A DNA stretch of 64,000 nucleotides from Malacoraja senta (Eukaryota). The stretch spans positions 744,001 to 808,000 of the forward strand of contig JAXLNO010000438.1 of NCBI GenBank assembly GCA_038087875.1, read 5' to 3'. Below, piece by piece: positions 24,440 to 36,555 of the stretch. The position numbers were made by a program, and so were the translations under genes. Numbering within the stretch: the first letter of the stretch is position 1; each line of letters opens with the position of its first letter. The notes under the pieces are model-generated. The model worked only from the letters and a program-made list of their open reading frames with translations. It searched no databases and had not been told where the DNA came from.

Positions 24440-25500
24440 TACCTCCAGGAAAGAAATGCTTGGTTCAAGAGTTTGATAGCAGTGGGGACGAAGCAGTTTT
24501 TAAAATCCCATCATGCAGGCTTTCAAGCTCCTGTATCTTCTGCCAGAAGGTAGAAGAGATAAAAAAGGATATAGACAGGTGGCAGGCATCCTGGATGATA
24601 CTTCCAGCCTTCCTGAAGCTATGCACCATGAAGATGGACTGGAAGGAAGGAAGGAAGTGCCAAGCCTGTGAAGGACTGGGCTGCATTCACCACTCTCTTC
24701 AAGTTCAAGTGGTCAAGAGTAGAGCAGTTCCCACACCAGGCTGAGATGCATCTTGTCAGAGTACTTCCTAAAATGCCTCTATAGAGGTTTGAGAATCCTC
24801 ATCTTCTCAGATGCCAAGAAAGTAAATATGCTGCTTCACTTTCTTCATCACTGCATCATTGTGATTGGACCAGGTTAGGTTACTGGTGATATGGATAGCA
24901 ATGAATCTGAATCTGCTGACCATCTTTGCAAGAGTTCATTTGATTTGAGCACACCAATCCCCTCCCCCTTCACCCAGTTTCATTAGGTCAACAACCAACT
25001 CTGTCGTTAAGAGCCAAGTTGTTATTATCACACCATGACTCAAAGATTCTGATCACTTTCCTGTACTCCGTCACATTGTTGTTAATGTTCCAGCCAACAA
25101 CAATGGTATAACTGGCAAACAAAGATCAAGTTAACTCTGTACTTTGTTACACTTTCATTGGTATCCAGGGAGTCGGGCAGGGAAAAGAGGGCATAAGCTG
25201 TTGAGGACCAGTACTAAGGTTCGGGGTGGAGGGAATGTAATGACCAACTGTGTCTGGAAGTCCAGATGCCAGTTGCAGAGTCCCCAAAGCCAATGTCTAG
25301 TATTTGGAGATGAACTTATTCAGTATTATACTGTTGAAGGTTGAGCTGCAGTCATTGAATAGCACCCTGACATAGGTATTCCTATAAACAAGGCTTCAGC
25401 AAAATATAGTGTAAGAGCGATGGCATCTTTCATATTTTTCCTGTACGCAAATTGCATGGGGCTTTGATTGCCTGAGAAACTTGCATTGAAGTGGACCATT
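24440..25500 (-). mobile_element. Degraded Rex1/Babar LINE
   Basis: Minus translation KAGSIIQDACH..F resembles ORF 17778-18128. Further decayed RT remnants (gaatagcaccctgacatagg). Confidence 0.6.
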
Positions 25501-27235
25501 ACCAATGTTTCATGGTTGAAAGGTCTGGTATTCTTTGAAGTTCCTGCTTTAGGTGTTGTTCATTGGTAACCCAAATTCCTTTCCTACAGTTCAGCTTACA
25601 GTCAGGAATCCCAGGACACTGGCTCAGTTTGGAACATGTGTATATATACCAAAGCACCCAAATAAGTCTATATTTATCCAAAATAATAAAAATTACAGTG
25701 CTATTAACGTTCTCGTATGTCAAAAGTGGTAAATCCTGTATAGTCTGTGAAAAATATGTTCTAAAAGCATGTTAGATGTGAAACTGATTAGCTGTTAAAT
25801 GCAATAGATGGCTGCTACATTGCCACAAAGTAATTATTTTTATGTCAACTTGTTCAAATATTAATATTTGTTCTTGCTAATATTGTAAAGGTACAAGGCA
25901 TTTACAGTGTCTTTAAACAAGGTTTACCATTTGAACTGCCTGGGAATTTGAGTCTAAGTTAAGTTGCTACACTTAGCTTTGTATTTTAATGCCTTCATCA
26001 TTACCATGTGAAGGTTATACAACAGGGGATAAATGGGATAATGATGAGGACCCTATCATCATCTACAGAATGACAACTAGGGATAATCTCATAAAATAAA
26101 TGAAAAACAAAACGTCTATATGAGACTCAAAAAGGTTATCCTCAGATGAGATATATAAATAACAATTCTTGGATACTCTTGTATCATGCTATTTTTGCAA
26201 GAAATATATTGCAATTCATTGGGGATCAAATTGGCCTCCTCCAGAACTTGTAAATTAGATCATAGTGAAGCCATGCCCACGTTATATTACAGCGATGTTA
26301 TTTCCCACTGAAATCAAAAGGTACAGTTGGGAACAGACCAGCATTGCGCTCATGTGCATGACTCAGTGACAAATATCATACCCATTCAACTAGCTTTCCT
26401 CTTTTAAAATACTAAATGTTATGAAGAAATATTTAAGAGGAAACATTTTCAACTGCAGTGTATACAGACCAAATAATTTATCATTATCATTATTACAGAA
26501 ATTCATATTGTACCAAAGAGGAGTCTGCAGGTTTAGAAAACCCACTGTGTATTGAGTTTATATTCCAACGTACAGTTTGTTCAACATACGGAAACCTTTA
26601 ATCAGTCAACTGGCGCCTGATTTATCAGAGCAGACATGCCCTGGGTATCATGGTTAAGTGGATTAAGGCACAAGATAAAGAGGAGATATAACAATTGCAT
26701 GCTTTTATTAATGAAATTCACATAACTGAGCAGGATAAATCATTCTAATGATGAAGGATACTTTTATCATTGGGTAAAAGTTAACGATTAAGAATATAGG
26801 TTAAAATAGTTAATCAGAAAGAAAATAAATGTTGACAAGAGATAACTGAAATGGCCAAAATGTTTGTTTTGTCTTTTATTTCTTCATGACCAGTATCCTC
26901 TTATAACTAAATAGTGTCTTCAATCACCATCATAAAAAGCCTGTTCATAACCACTAAACTTCATTTCACCGCTTGACCATTGACCAAGATTTTTATCAAG
27001 CTATTTGCAAACATCATTGTCAAAGATACATTTCCTATCCACATACCTGGGCCATGATTAACTCCATTATCATTACAACTTCAATCTCCACAATGTCTCA
27101 TCATAACTCTGCCCAATCATATGTCACTTTCTTGAAGCCCTCGCCCAAGCTCTGTCCAAATGTGACAATTTCAAAGCATTCCCGGCCAGCCTCCTTCTGT
27201 CTACCTGCACCAAACTATGGTCATCCAAAACTTTG

Positions 27236-27361
27236 TGTAGGAAGGAACTGCAGATGCTGGTTTAAACCGAAGATACTGACACAAAATGCTGGAGTAACGC
27301 AGCGGGACAGGCAGCATCTCTGGAGAGAAGGAATGGTGAAGTTTCGTGACGGGACCCTTCT
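27236..27361 (-). mobile_element. Solo Penelope pLTR mini-insertion
   Basis: 15-bp TSD tcatccaaaactttg at 27221-27235 and 27362-27376; pLTR sequence ggaaggaactgcagatgctgg..gacccttcttc. Confidence 0.85.
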
Positions 27362-27530
27362 TCATCCAAAACTTTGCTGCTCACATTCCAATTTATACCA
27401 CACTCCATTCTCCAGTCATCCCTTTGTTCATTAATATGTCCAAGTTAAGCAATGCCATGATTTTAAAATTCTCATCCTTAAGCTTCTCCGATTAAGTGAG
27501 CTATCTGCACTCTTCCAATTCAGACCTCTT

Positions 27531-27718
27531 TATCTTCTTGCGTTTTAGGCAGCAGAGGTTATGTAACGCCCTCCAGGCGCTGTAGCCAGTTCAATGTGCT
27601 GTTGTCGACGGCCGTGAGGTCTACCCCTCCACCTGGGGGGGGGCGGAGGATAGTGCAGTTGAAAATGACGTGCTGCGCTGTTTGCTGGTCTGCTCTACAC
27701 ACGCAGGCTGCTCTGCAA
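27531..27718 (-). mobile_element. 5'-truncated Vingi/ingi-like LINE end
   Basis: CCHC-like C.C...QTAQHVIFNC followed by a stop and a cgcaagaag tail. 11-bp TSD tcagacctctt at 27520-27530 and 27719-27729. Confidence 0.75.
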
Positions 27719-29680
27719 TCAGACCTCTTAATTATGTCAGACATGAATCATCCCAAATTTTAGCTTTAACCATATTCTTCTTCATTTGCCTCAATGTCAA
27801 ATTTTGCTTGGGAATATTACTGGTATGTTTTTGACGTGTTTCATGATATTAAAATACTAGCTGTTGAATAAGAAAGATCATGAAATTAAGATGGATGGTC
27901 TAAAAACAGTTCAGAATTAGTAATTTACACAATGCAAGACAATGGCCCAAAAGCTCCCAGTAAATTTTAAGCCTCTTTTAAGATGATTTTTGTGCTTCCT
28001 TTGCTACTGTACATCCACCTGTTCATATTCAGGGAAGAGTTCAGACAATGTTTATATGGAAAATATTCAAATCGTGCCAGAATTAGCTGTCTTTGTACTC
28101 TCCATGTCTGCATTTATTGGCAACCATAAAAGTCATGCACAAGATATTCCATTTGAAAATACCCCTAATAAATTACAGCAAATGACAGTGCTTGTGAGGT
28201 AATGGAACGCTCTTTCTGCTTCTATGTGGTAACACTTCTACCCTTCCTTTAGGCCCGTGCTTTAAAAGTGTGGCCCAACCACTTTTCAAAATAAATATTT
28301 TTTTAAAAGACAAAATAGTTTATTCAGCAAGTGGTACATTTCCAGTAGGAGGCTGGAAGTATTTTATCTGTGATTTTTGAACAGTGGTAAAAATTTGAAT
28401 GTTTATGTAAAATCTACAGAGTTGAGCAAATTTTGCAGCGTTTGACATATCACATATGGTTAAGCGGACTCGTTGAGTCATGTTATTGGCTGGAGGCCCA
28501 TTAAACCCTAAAAGAAGCATTGAAGAAGATGGGACTACAACTACACCTCACAAAAGGAATATCAGCAGTGAAAAATATCTAAGTAGTAGACTATAAAATA
28601 CAAAGCACAGTTATCTAATGTATACGTGGTTATCCTTTCAAATTCTCTTCGAATGCCTAATTAATGATGAATTTTAGAAAGAATAGAAGACCTTTACAGA
28701 CGTATGTGTATATATGTATCTTGTGCCTGTATGCATATGTGTATACGGTATACATGCACACATATGCCAAGTTAAGTTTTAGCAAGAAGAAAAGGTTTAC
28801 CCATGATTGCTTATGAAAAAATCAAATAAATTATCTAACAGCTTGCAGAAGCCAAGAATTAGCCACCTACACACCCGGGTAATGAAGCACAAGGCAGGTA
28901 GAAACCTGTACTCAGCAGGTAACCTAGAAACGCACAGTTTCTGCCTTCAGAGCTTTATAGCCTTGGGGGTTAACAAGCAGTGGGGTTTCAATTAATTGAG
29001 GTTGCACTGGAGTAGATAATTTACAAAATCCCATAATAGGCAAAAGTGTTTACTTGTTCATAGTGCAGGTCTGAAACAAAATCATTTCATGATAAGTTAT
29101 ATCCAGAATTAATAAAGTAGGACTAATTCTGCAATGATTCAAATAAACATCTTTACAAATTACCTTTTCATATTTAACTTTTTGGGAATTGGAAGAAATA
29201 ACCCATTTTAGAAATAAAGGATCATATTAGAGCCACAGTGTTATGCAAACAAGGACTGGGGCAATTTGTGCACTGCACAATCTCATTCATAATATTAAGA
29301 TTAATATCCATTTACTCTAGTTTGTTAAATATATTGGCTAAGACATCCCATCCGTCAAAATTATTTGAACATGCACACTGTACCTTGAAGTTATCCTCTT
29401 AAATGCATAAAAGTATTTTCCAACAACCCAAGCTCCCTCAATAAACCACTACAAGATTGGGCTTGATCATGTGCAGAGCTCATGAGCAAGAGTACTAATC
29501 TACAAAGCACCAAATGAAGTTACATCGATATAATTTTGTTTTGGTTGATTGATTCTAAATCACTTAAAAGGACACGTATTCAATTTTCTAAAATAACACA
29601 AATAGATTTCTCACTGAGAGGAAGTCTTTTTTCTGATGTACATTTTTAAAGACTCAAGAAGGCATATCAAAATAGTTCAA

Positions 29681-29907
29681 GTGTTAAAGAAGGAACTGCA
29701 GATGCTGGAAAATCGAAGGTACACAAAAATGTTGGAGAAACTCAGCGGGTGCAGCAGCATCTATGGAGCGAAGGAAATAGGTAACGTTTCGGGCCGAAAC
29801 CCTTCTTCAGACTGGAGAAGGGTTTCGGCCCGAAACGTTACCTATTTCCTTCGCTCCATAGATGCTGCTGCACCCGCTGAGTTTCTCCAGCATTTTTGTG
29901 TACCTTC
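29681..29907. mobile_element. Inverted Penelope pLTR dimer (fold-back mini-element)
   Basis: 96-bp arms 29715-29810 / 29812-29907. TSD tcaaaatagttcaa at 29667-29680 and 29906-29919, with 2-nt overlap. Confidence 0.9.
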
Positions 29908-30388
29908 AAAATAGTTCAACTTTGGCTTACTTTTATCTACTGCTATACATAGAATCACAATTTATCTTTTTCCTTGTTGCCTTTTCTCCCTGCCTTCATA
30001 TTTTTCCAAAAGACTGCTTGAAGCAACAGCATCAAAACATGAATATTCTGTAGATATAGTGGACTAGAATGTTAACCCTTATTTCAATAATACTGATTAA
30101 AAAGTAAAATGTCTGTTGGAAATCCAGCAGAATTATTGAAATATAAAACCACACTGGTTATGGGAAATATGTCATCATTTATTTGCATATTGCAAAGGTA
30201 AGTTAAACAGGTATTCCACAGCACACAAAAATATCTATGTATTTCAACTGATGAAATCTGAAAATGTTTGTCATAAAATCTACATACTAGTTCAAGGAAT
30301 TAAGCCAGTGCTACAGTTCTTTTGTAGTGTCCCTTCAGCTGATTAAACATTCTTATCTGACTAAAACTATAGACCTACCATCGTGCTA

Positions 30389-31220
30389 GGGCGCCGCATT
30401 GATGGCAGCCTCTGCCTACCTTCTGTCTGTTTTTCTATCTTTTTTTTAGTCTGTTTTAAAAGTATGTTTTGGAGGTTTCTTTAGTTTTTCTATGTGGGGG
30501 AGGGGGTAGGTTAAGGGGGAAACCGTTTCCCAGTCACTTCCTGGTGAGGATGCGACTATTCTCTGAGTCGCATCCTCGCCCCCCTCCTCGCGGCCTAGCA
30601 ACTGGATTGGCGCGGCCTTTCCTGCCAGGGACCGGCCAAAGCTTCAGCGGCAGCGCATCACTGGATTCACTGCGGAGCGGGCGATGCCTTACCTGGATTG
30701 TCGTTTGAAGCTCCGGAGTGCTGCTTCAACATTGCGGAGCTGTGGTTTGTAGAGCTTCCAGCGCGGGCGGCGCCGACTTCAACTTGAGCGGAGTCCTGGG
30801 ACCTTTTGCTGAGGGCCGCCAGCGTGAATCTCCGCCCAGCACGGCCTGTGGACTTCGGGAGCCGCGGACTACGATAGGAAGTGGCCGATTCAGATGTCCA
30901 AGCCACTGAGGTTGTTCTCCCGCTCCGACGTCAGAGTTCCAGCATCCCGGCGAGAGGGCCTGAACATCGGGCCGCCCCTAGCGGCGACAGCGAGTGGTTC
31001 GAGAGCCCCCCGACCACGGGTGAACAACAGAGAAGGATGACAGAACTTTGGTGCCTTCCCTCACATTGGGAAACGTTGATTCCGCTGTGTGGGGATGTCT
31101 ATGTTAAAGACTATCGTGTTCTGTGCTCTTTTTTTATTCGTATGGCTGTATGGTGACCACACATTTCACTGTACCAATTGGTACTTGTGACAAATAAATG
31201 TCTCTCTCTCTCTCTCTCTC
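30389..31220 (+). mobile_element. GC-rich non-autonomous retroelement (copy B)
   Basis: TSD tcgtgcta / ttgtgcta (30381-30388, 31221-31228). 3' stem-loop gtaccaattggtac, then gtgacaaataaa and a (TC)n tail. Confidence 0.8.
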
Positions 31221-31469
31221 TTGTGCTATGGTATCTGTCCTATTCTGATCATTGAGAGAGTGTAGGCACTCAAGCTCTGGAGGCATTTCAGAGAGGAGCA
31301 ATAAAGAAGATTATTCCTGTCAAACAACTTAAGTATGACAGCTTGGCACTGCAAGATCAAATGAAGCAATTGAGAGCCATACAGAAACACTGAAGGAGGA
31401 AAACGGCTTCAAACTACATTGTAAAGGATTCCAACCAGTTAAACGTTGGCCATAGAGTACCATAGAGTC

Positions 31470-31654
31470 TCTCCCCACCTTTAAAACCTCCCTCAAAACT
31501 CACCTATTCAGACTGGCCTATCCCACGTAACTCCACTTTCTATCAAATTCATGGAAATGTTGTTTTTGTTTCATTTTATTTATATATTTGTAATTTGCTT
31601 GTTTTAACTGTAAGGTGTCCTTGAGTGTTCTGAAAGGCACCCATAAATAAAATG

Positions 31655-31691
<37 letters not shown>
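31470..31691 (+). mobile_element. L2-like LINE 3' tail with (ATT)n
   Basis: ctcaaaactcacctattc...gtaaggtgtccttgag..ctgaaaggcacc.ataaataaaatgc followed by (att)n. Confidence 0.7.
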
Positions 31692-31693
<2 letters not shown>

Positions 31694-31976
31694 AAGTCAT
31701 TTAAAGCTGATGATATGAAGTACATTTTCACCAACTAAAATGTGATCAAAGGTAGACAAAGCAATAAGAGAGAATCTGACCACCACACTGTGGCATTAAG
31801 CAGCATTTCTATTAGCAAATATCTCATCATCAACATCCTGGTGTCATTCTTGGCCAAACATTTACCTGGACTGGCCACATAAGTAATGCAATTATACAAT
31901 CAGTGCAGAGGCAGAGGAATTCTGTGCAAGAGATTCATGTTTAGTTTATTAGTTTAATTTAGTTCGAGATACAGCA

Positions 31977-33140
31977 AAGATAGACACCAAAAGCTGGAAT
32001 AACTCAGCGGGACAGGCAGCATCTCTGGTGGGAAGGAATGGGTGAGGTTTCGGGTCGAGACCCTTCTTCAGGGATAAAGGAAACCAGAGATGTAGATGGT
32101 GATGTGGAGAGATAAAACGCAGATTGGGCGATCATTTCGCGGAACACCTTCGCTCAGCTCGCTTGAACCAACCTGATCTCCCGTTTGCTGGACACTTTAA
32201 TTCTCCTTCCCATTCCCACCCAGACCCTTCTGTCCTTGGTCTCCTCCATTGTCAGAGTGAGGCTATTCGCAAATTGGAGAAACATATTTTGCTTGGGCAG
32301 CTTATAGCCCAGTGGTAAGAATATTGATTTCTCTCACTTCTGGTAGCCCCAGCATTCCTTCTCTCACTATCCTTCTCCCACCCAATTCACACTAGCTTCT
32401 CATTTTCACCCTACAAACAGCTTACAATGCCCTGTGTCCTTTATCATCATTACTTTTTTTGTTCTTTCATTCATTGTTCTTTATCTCTCCACATCTTCAT
32501 CTATATCTCTTGTTTCCCTTATCCCTAACCAGTCTGAAGAAGGGTCTGGACCCGAAACGTCACCCATTCCTTCCCGCCAGAGATGCTGCCAGTCCCATTG
32601 AGTTACTCCAGCTTTTTTGTGTCTATCTTCAGTTTAAACCAGCATCTGCAGTTCCTTCTTATGCATTTCCTCTGAATCTACTGAAGAAAGGTCTCGACTC
32701 GAAATGTCACACATTCCTTCTCTCCAGAGATGCTGCCTGTCCCGCTGAGTTACTCCAGCTTTTTGTGTCTATCTTAGAGTCAGAGGAAAGTAATAGGAAA
32801 GGAAACAAGAGATATTGACAATGATGTAGAGAGATATAGAACAAATGAATGAAAGATATGCAAAAAAAGTAACAATGTTAAAGGAAACAGGCTGTTGTTA
32901 GCTGTTTGCTAGGTGAGAACGAAAAGCTGGTGTGACTTGGGTGGGGGAGGGATGGAGAGAGAGGGAATGTAAGGGTTACTTGAAGGTAAAGAAAGCAATA
33001 TTCTTACCTCTAGGTTGTAAGCTGCCCCAGCGAAATATAAGATGCTGGTCCTCCAATTTGTGTTTAGCCTCACTCTGACAATGGAGGAGGCCGAGGACAG
33101 AAAGGTCAGTGTGGGAATGGAAAGGGGAATTAAACTGGGA
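31977..33140. mobile_element. Cluster of Penelope pieces in alternating orientation (pLTRs and GIY-YIG ends)
   Basis: ORF 32124-32318 LGDHFAEHLRS..HFNSPSHS on +. ORF 32976-33176 FNSPFHSHTDLSVLGLLHC on -. pLTRs at ~31977-32070 (-), 32530-32667 (+) and 32681-32775 (+). Confidence 0.88.
32534..32561 (+). ncRNA. Minimal hammerhead ribozyme core in a Penelope pLTR (best-preserved copy)
   Basis: CTGAAGA (CUGANGA), stem II GGGT/ACCC, GAAA, palindromic ACGT, GTC cleavage triplet. Stem I pairing is only ~2 bp. Activity is not demonstrated. Confidence 0.65.
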
Positions 33141-35469
33141 CCTCTCCCACCCGAATGAGCTGGAAAATTCAGACACACTACAGATAATCTCTGAAGCGCT
33201 ATCTTATGATCCTGTTCTTATTAATAAAAAAAGATAGTTACCAAATCACTGATTGCAGTAAGGCAGCTGGCTTATGGAAACATTTTGTTTGTAGGTTTTG
33301 GGGGAGGCGGGGGGGGGGATTAGAATGGAACCATGGAAGGTAAATGTTTTGCAACGCAATTCCATTATGAGATACACATACCATTTAGTTTTTAAGAAGC
33401 TATGGTGAACACCTCTTTAGGCAATGGCCTTTGAAATTGTGGGCTCAAACATCTGGATCAATAAATTGGAGCAAGGTTTTTCTTCTCAGTGTCCCCCAAC
33501 CCGTTCTAAGATTCTAAATATTAACCACAACCTTTGCGTGCAAATGTGCCTCACAAGGTAAAATGAGATGTTCTTGACTGACTTTTGTGGTGTCATGACC
33601 TTCAGGTTCAGGGTTATGAATGCTGAGTGCAACATATGGAAGCCAGTTGTAACATACCTCAGTTGTGTTGCATTATCCTCCATCAACGTGCTGTTAATAT
33701 TTCACCCTTCAGAATTCAAAATGCTTTTTGTGATGAACACTTCTCCTTATCAAGTATATAGCACTAAATTTCAATTTGGAGGAGAGATTTAACTTTGTTT
33801 GCTAGCAATCAACACACACAAGGCCATTGGCTGCCAATCAGTCAACTTAGTACATTCAAAGGCAGCAACTTCCATGAAACAGGGTATAAAGAGGCGAGTA
33901 CAAATGACAACTAACACTTTTGGACATCGTTAGTGTTTGCAACCTCATGTCATGTCAACATCAGTGGCATGACTGGTATTTATTACCCAAAAGGGCCATG
34001 AATGGTGACAGCATGTTGCTGCCTTAAACTGTTCTGTCCATGCCATAAAAGTATTCACATAAGTTGTAGCTATTTTTATATAATGAAATATTTTCCGAGT
34101 CCATTTGAAGAAGCAAAGGCAAACATATTGTTTTGAGTTTGGAATCACATTTAGGTTAGATGGGAAAAGACAGATGTTTTCCCCCCAATGGATATCAGCA
34201 AACCAGGTACGTTTTTATGACAGTGCAATAATTTTACAAACAGAAACAAATCCATTACATTCATATGACCAGGCTATTAATAGTTTTGCCTATTCTGTAG
34301 CTCACAAGACTAAAATTGAAATTGAAAATAAACAACATAACTGTCAGTGGCTATTTTTTTATTTTGTTGTATAAAATTGTCAGTCCCTCAACTAATGACA
34401 AGCCCAGCTTGTAAGAACAGGAGCAAAAAGCAAACTGCTGGAGGAACTCAACAAGTCAAAGAATCAGTGGAGGAAATAGATTCACGATGATTTGAGTCGT
34501 CTGTCCGTTTCCCTCCACAGATACTGCCTGACCTGCTAATTTCTTGCTCAATATTCCAGCATCCGCTGCCTCTTGTGTTTCCATATAAGTTTCCAAATAA
34601 TAACTGGGCTATTTTTAAATCAAGATTTTCAGTATTCCACTCTATCTTTTCATTCATAGAAAGGGAGTAAAATATTTTTTAATGGAATTAATTGCACCAT
34701 AAATAGTTCATGACAACGTGTTTTTGGTCAGTGTAGTTCCAGAGTTCACTTCTAATAATTGACTTACCCGTTAAGTCAGTGTATCGTAGCGTTAACCAAC
34801 GTGGATCTTACCATATTAGCGCATTATGCGCCAGATCAAGAAATGGTTCATTTTCTCCAACCGTAGTTGTCTATATTTCCAACTGTCCTTATGGTGTTTA
34901 TACAACTATATGCAGTGCAATTTTTCAGGATATTATATGACAAAGCTAGATGACACAAAAAATATCTTCTCCAGCTACTTTCCTACAACCAGAGGTATGT
35001 TCTCCTTATACAGCCACGTAAAGGGAGCAGTAAATTAATCCTCAAGTTGGTATTGGCAATTTAAAATGTATCACTGGAGCAAAACATTTTTGAACTTTCT
35101 AGGTAATGTACGAGTCCCTCTCATCTCTACTATTACAGTAAATAATGTCAGTAATGATTAACAGTTTCAAGGGATCCCAACAATTTATCTAACTGTTTTT
35201 GCCCTTGAGGCTCCGATGAGGCTCCATTTCTCATTCCGAGACCTTCTGCGGAAATAAACTGTTCATCTTCTATTTTTTAAATTCTAAAAGCAACGTTTAT
35301 TTTATCAAGTAAAATTTCAAGTCGCGCATTCGCACATCTACCTGTGAATCATCTTTTTGCACTAAAAAAAACCAGCTGAATTCTGCTTAAGTTTTGTCAG
35401 TATCACACCAACCTATCAAACCTGTTAGAAGTCAGGAATGTGACTATCAAAACCAATCCGATCAGTGGA

Positions 35470-35695
35470 AATGTGTAGGAAGGAACTGCAGATGCTGGTT
35501 TAAACCGTAGACACAAAATACTGGAGTAACTCAGCAGGACAGGCAGCATCTCAGAAGAGGAGGAATGGGTGACGTTTCGGGTCGAGATCCTTTTTCAGAC
35601 TTGTGAAGAGGGTCTCAACCTGAAACGCCACCCTTTCTTTCTCTCCAGAGATGCTGCCTGTCCTGCTGAGTTGCTCCAGCATTTTGTATCTATCT
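35470..35695. mobile_element. Inverted Penelope pLTR dimer
   Basis: Imperfect fold-back centred near 35600. 13-bp TSD tccgatcagtgga at 35457-35469 and 35696-35708. Confidence 0.87.
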
Positions 35696-36242
35696 TCCGA
35701 TCAGTGGACATGCAGATATTAAAAGACAGTGCTAGACTGGTTGGGTTTCAGGACAGAAACAAATCAAAAATAATCAGATCTTAATGTCTCCATTTTGCCT
35801 GCGGATAACTTGAAACAGGAAGTATTAAAAATGACATGACAATTTTGAGGAGTCACATTTACAATTAGTTTTACTGCATTCTCATGGCTAAATAGGTTGA
35901 GTAGAAAATGTTCCAACGCTTCTTGGGCTATTTCACATTAGCAGATCATGTAAAACTTTCATTTGAAAACTAATAGAGGCCACTTTTGAAGAAAATTCCA
36001 CAATCCTTTGTGGACTATTAACATCCTCTACTTAAATATTCATGTATCTGGAGTTGTGAGGTTGTACTTTTGTATTTTTAACTTTGAATAACAGGAAAAA
36101 AAATGAATCAGTGACTCCTCTAAAGCACCTTGGCATATTTTATTATGTTAGCATGAGAAGTATACTCTTAAAGTATGAAGTTGCTCTTGTTGCTATACAT
36201 TTCTCTGTATTTGTTAACTAGAATTCTACAGAGGACTATTGA

Positions 36243-36555
36243 GGGTGGCACAGTGGCACCACGGTAGAGTTGTTGCCTTACAGCGCCAGAGACGCAGGTT
36301 CAAACCTGACTACGGGTACTGTCTGTGCGGAGTTTGTCCGTTCTCCCCATGACCGCATGGGTTTTCTCCGGGTGCTCCGATTTCCTCCCACACTCCAAAG
36401 ACGTACAGGTTTGTAGGTTAATTGGCTTGGTATAAATGTAAATTGTCCCTAGTTTGTGTAGGATAGTGTTAGTGTGCAGGGATCGCTGGTCAGTGTGGAC
36501 TCGGTGGGCCGAAGGGCCTGTTTCCGCGCTGTATCTCTAAAACAAAAAAAAGAAA
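36243..36555 (+). mobile_element. Full-length HE1/V-SINE-like tRNA-derived SINE
   Basis: A-box-like tggcaccacgg, B-box ggttcaaacc (~36297), CR1-like 3' end gggccgaagggcctgtt. 8-bp TSD actattga at 36235-36242 and 36556-36563. Confidence 0.92.

Noticed and set aside
36243..36320. tRNA gene
   Set aside because: The A/B boxes belong to the head of a multi-copy SINE with a TSD. No full cloverleaf is evident.
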